Assembly (NCBI RefSeq): GCF_000009045.1
Contig: NC_000964.3
Coordinates: forward strand, 1,550,001-1,614,000
Reading direction: 5' to 3'
Length of the DNA stretch: 64,000 nucleotides
Source of the DNA: Bacillus subtilis subsp. subtilis str. 168
GTDB lineage: Bacteria > Bacillota > Bacilli > Bacillales > Bacillaceae
Within the stretch, counting starts at the first letter, position 1; each line of letters starts with the position of its first letter. The notes below the pieces were generated by a model. The model made no database searches. It worked only from the letters and a program-made list of their open reading frames with translations, and was not told where the DNA came from. The translations under genes were made by a program, and so were the position numbers. Shown here piece after piece: positions 63,357-64,000 of this stretch.

Positions 63357-64000
63357 ATGGATTTTAAAGACACGCTCTTAATGCCGAAAACAGATTTCCC
63401 GATGCGTGGAAATTTGCCAAACCGTGAGCCTGACATTCAAAAAAAATGGGAGGAAGAAGATATCTACCGTCTTGTTCAGGAACGGACGAAAGACCGCCCG
63501 AAATTTGTTTTACATGACGGACCTCCGTATGCAAACGGCGACATCCATATGGGCCATGCACTTAACAAGATTTTGAAAGACTTCATTGTCCGCTATAAAT
63601 CAATGAGCGGCTACAACGCACCGTATGTGCCGGGCTGGGATACACACGGATTGCCAATTGAAACAGCTCTGACAAAAAACAAAAAGGTCAACCGCAAAGA
63701 AATGTCAGTAGCGGAATTCCGCAAACTATGCGAAGAGTACGCTTGGAAGCAAATCGAGGGACAGCGTGAGCAATTCAAACGTCTTGGTGTCCGCGGTGAC
63801 TGGGAAAACCCATATGTGACATTAAAACCGGAATACGAAGCGCAGCAAATCCGCGTATTTGGTGAAATGGCAAAACGAGGCTACATTTACAAAGGCCTTA
63901 AACCGGTTAACTGGTCACCTTCAAGTGAGTCTGCTCTGGCTGAAGCCGAGATCGAATATCAAGATAAACGTTCAGCATCTATTTACGTCGCTTTTGGTGT
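63357..64000 (+). CDS. ileS: Isoleucyl-tRNA synthetase, 3'-truncated by window edge
   Basis: [34 protein letters not shown] (HIGH motif) and [11 protein letters not shown]; SD GGAGG. Absent from the ORF track because there is no stop in the window. Confidence 0.98.
   Translation, partial: MDFKDTLLMPKTDFPMRGNLPNREPDIQKKWEEEDIYRLVQERTKDRPKFVLHDGPPYANGDIHMGHALNKILKDFIVRYKSMSGYNAPYVPGWDTHGLPIETALTKNKKVNRKEMSVAEFRKLCEEYAWKQIEGQREQFKRLGVRGDWENPYVTLKPEYEAQQIRVFGEMAKRGYIYKGLKPVNWSPSSESALAEAEIEYQDKRSASIYVAFG

Overview
Core chromosomal segment of Bacillus subtilis. Gene order, protein sequences and gene lengths match my recollection of strain 168, roughly 1.550-1.614 Mb; this was not verified by alignment. 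The window runs from the 3' part of ylaK through glsB, ylaN, ftsW, pycA, the ctaA/ctaB-G heme A and caa3 oxidase cluster, the ylbA-ylbQ block (ricF, rsmD, coaD, spoVV, ddcP, tmcAL, rpmF, gerR, panE) and bshC. It continues through the dcw cluster (mraZ to ftsZ, including the sporulation paralogs spoVD and spoVE), bpr, spoIIGA-sigE-sigG and ylmA to divIVA, ending in the 5' part of ileS. Non-coding elements are the forespore sRNA CsfG, a TPP riboswitch (ylmB), an Ile T-box (ileS), MraZ repeats, WalR/ResD/Spo0A/cre sites and many intrinsic terminators. I saw no mobile elements, CRISPR arrays, rRNA/tRNA, pseudogenes or foreign-looking inserts, and no wholly new multi-gene system. The best leads are hypotheses. 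(1) A pyrimidine tract of CsfG is perfectly complementary over 11 nt (12 with G:U) to the sigE ribosome-binding site. (2) YlaL looks like a Cys-less sulfite-oxidase/Moco-binding fold. (3) YlbG, encoded next to ricF, looks RRM-like. (4) The DUF881-DUF881-Sbp module sits inside dcw. (5) A perfect 0A box abuts the -10 of the ileS promoter.
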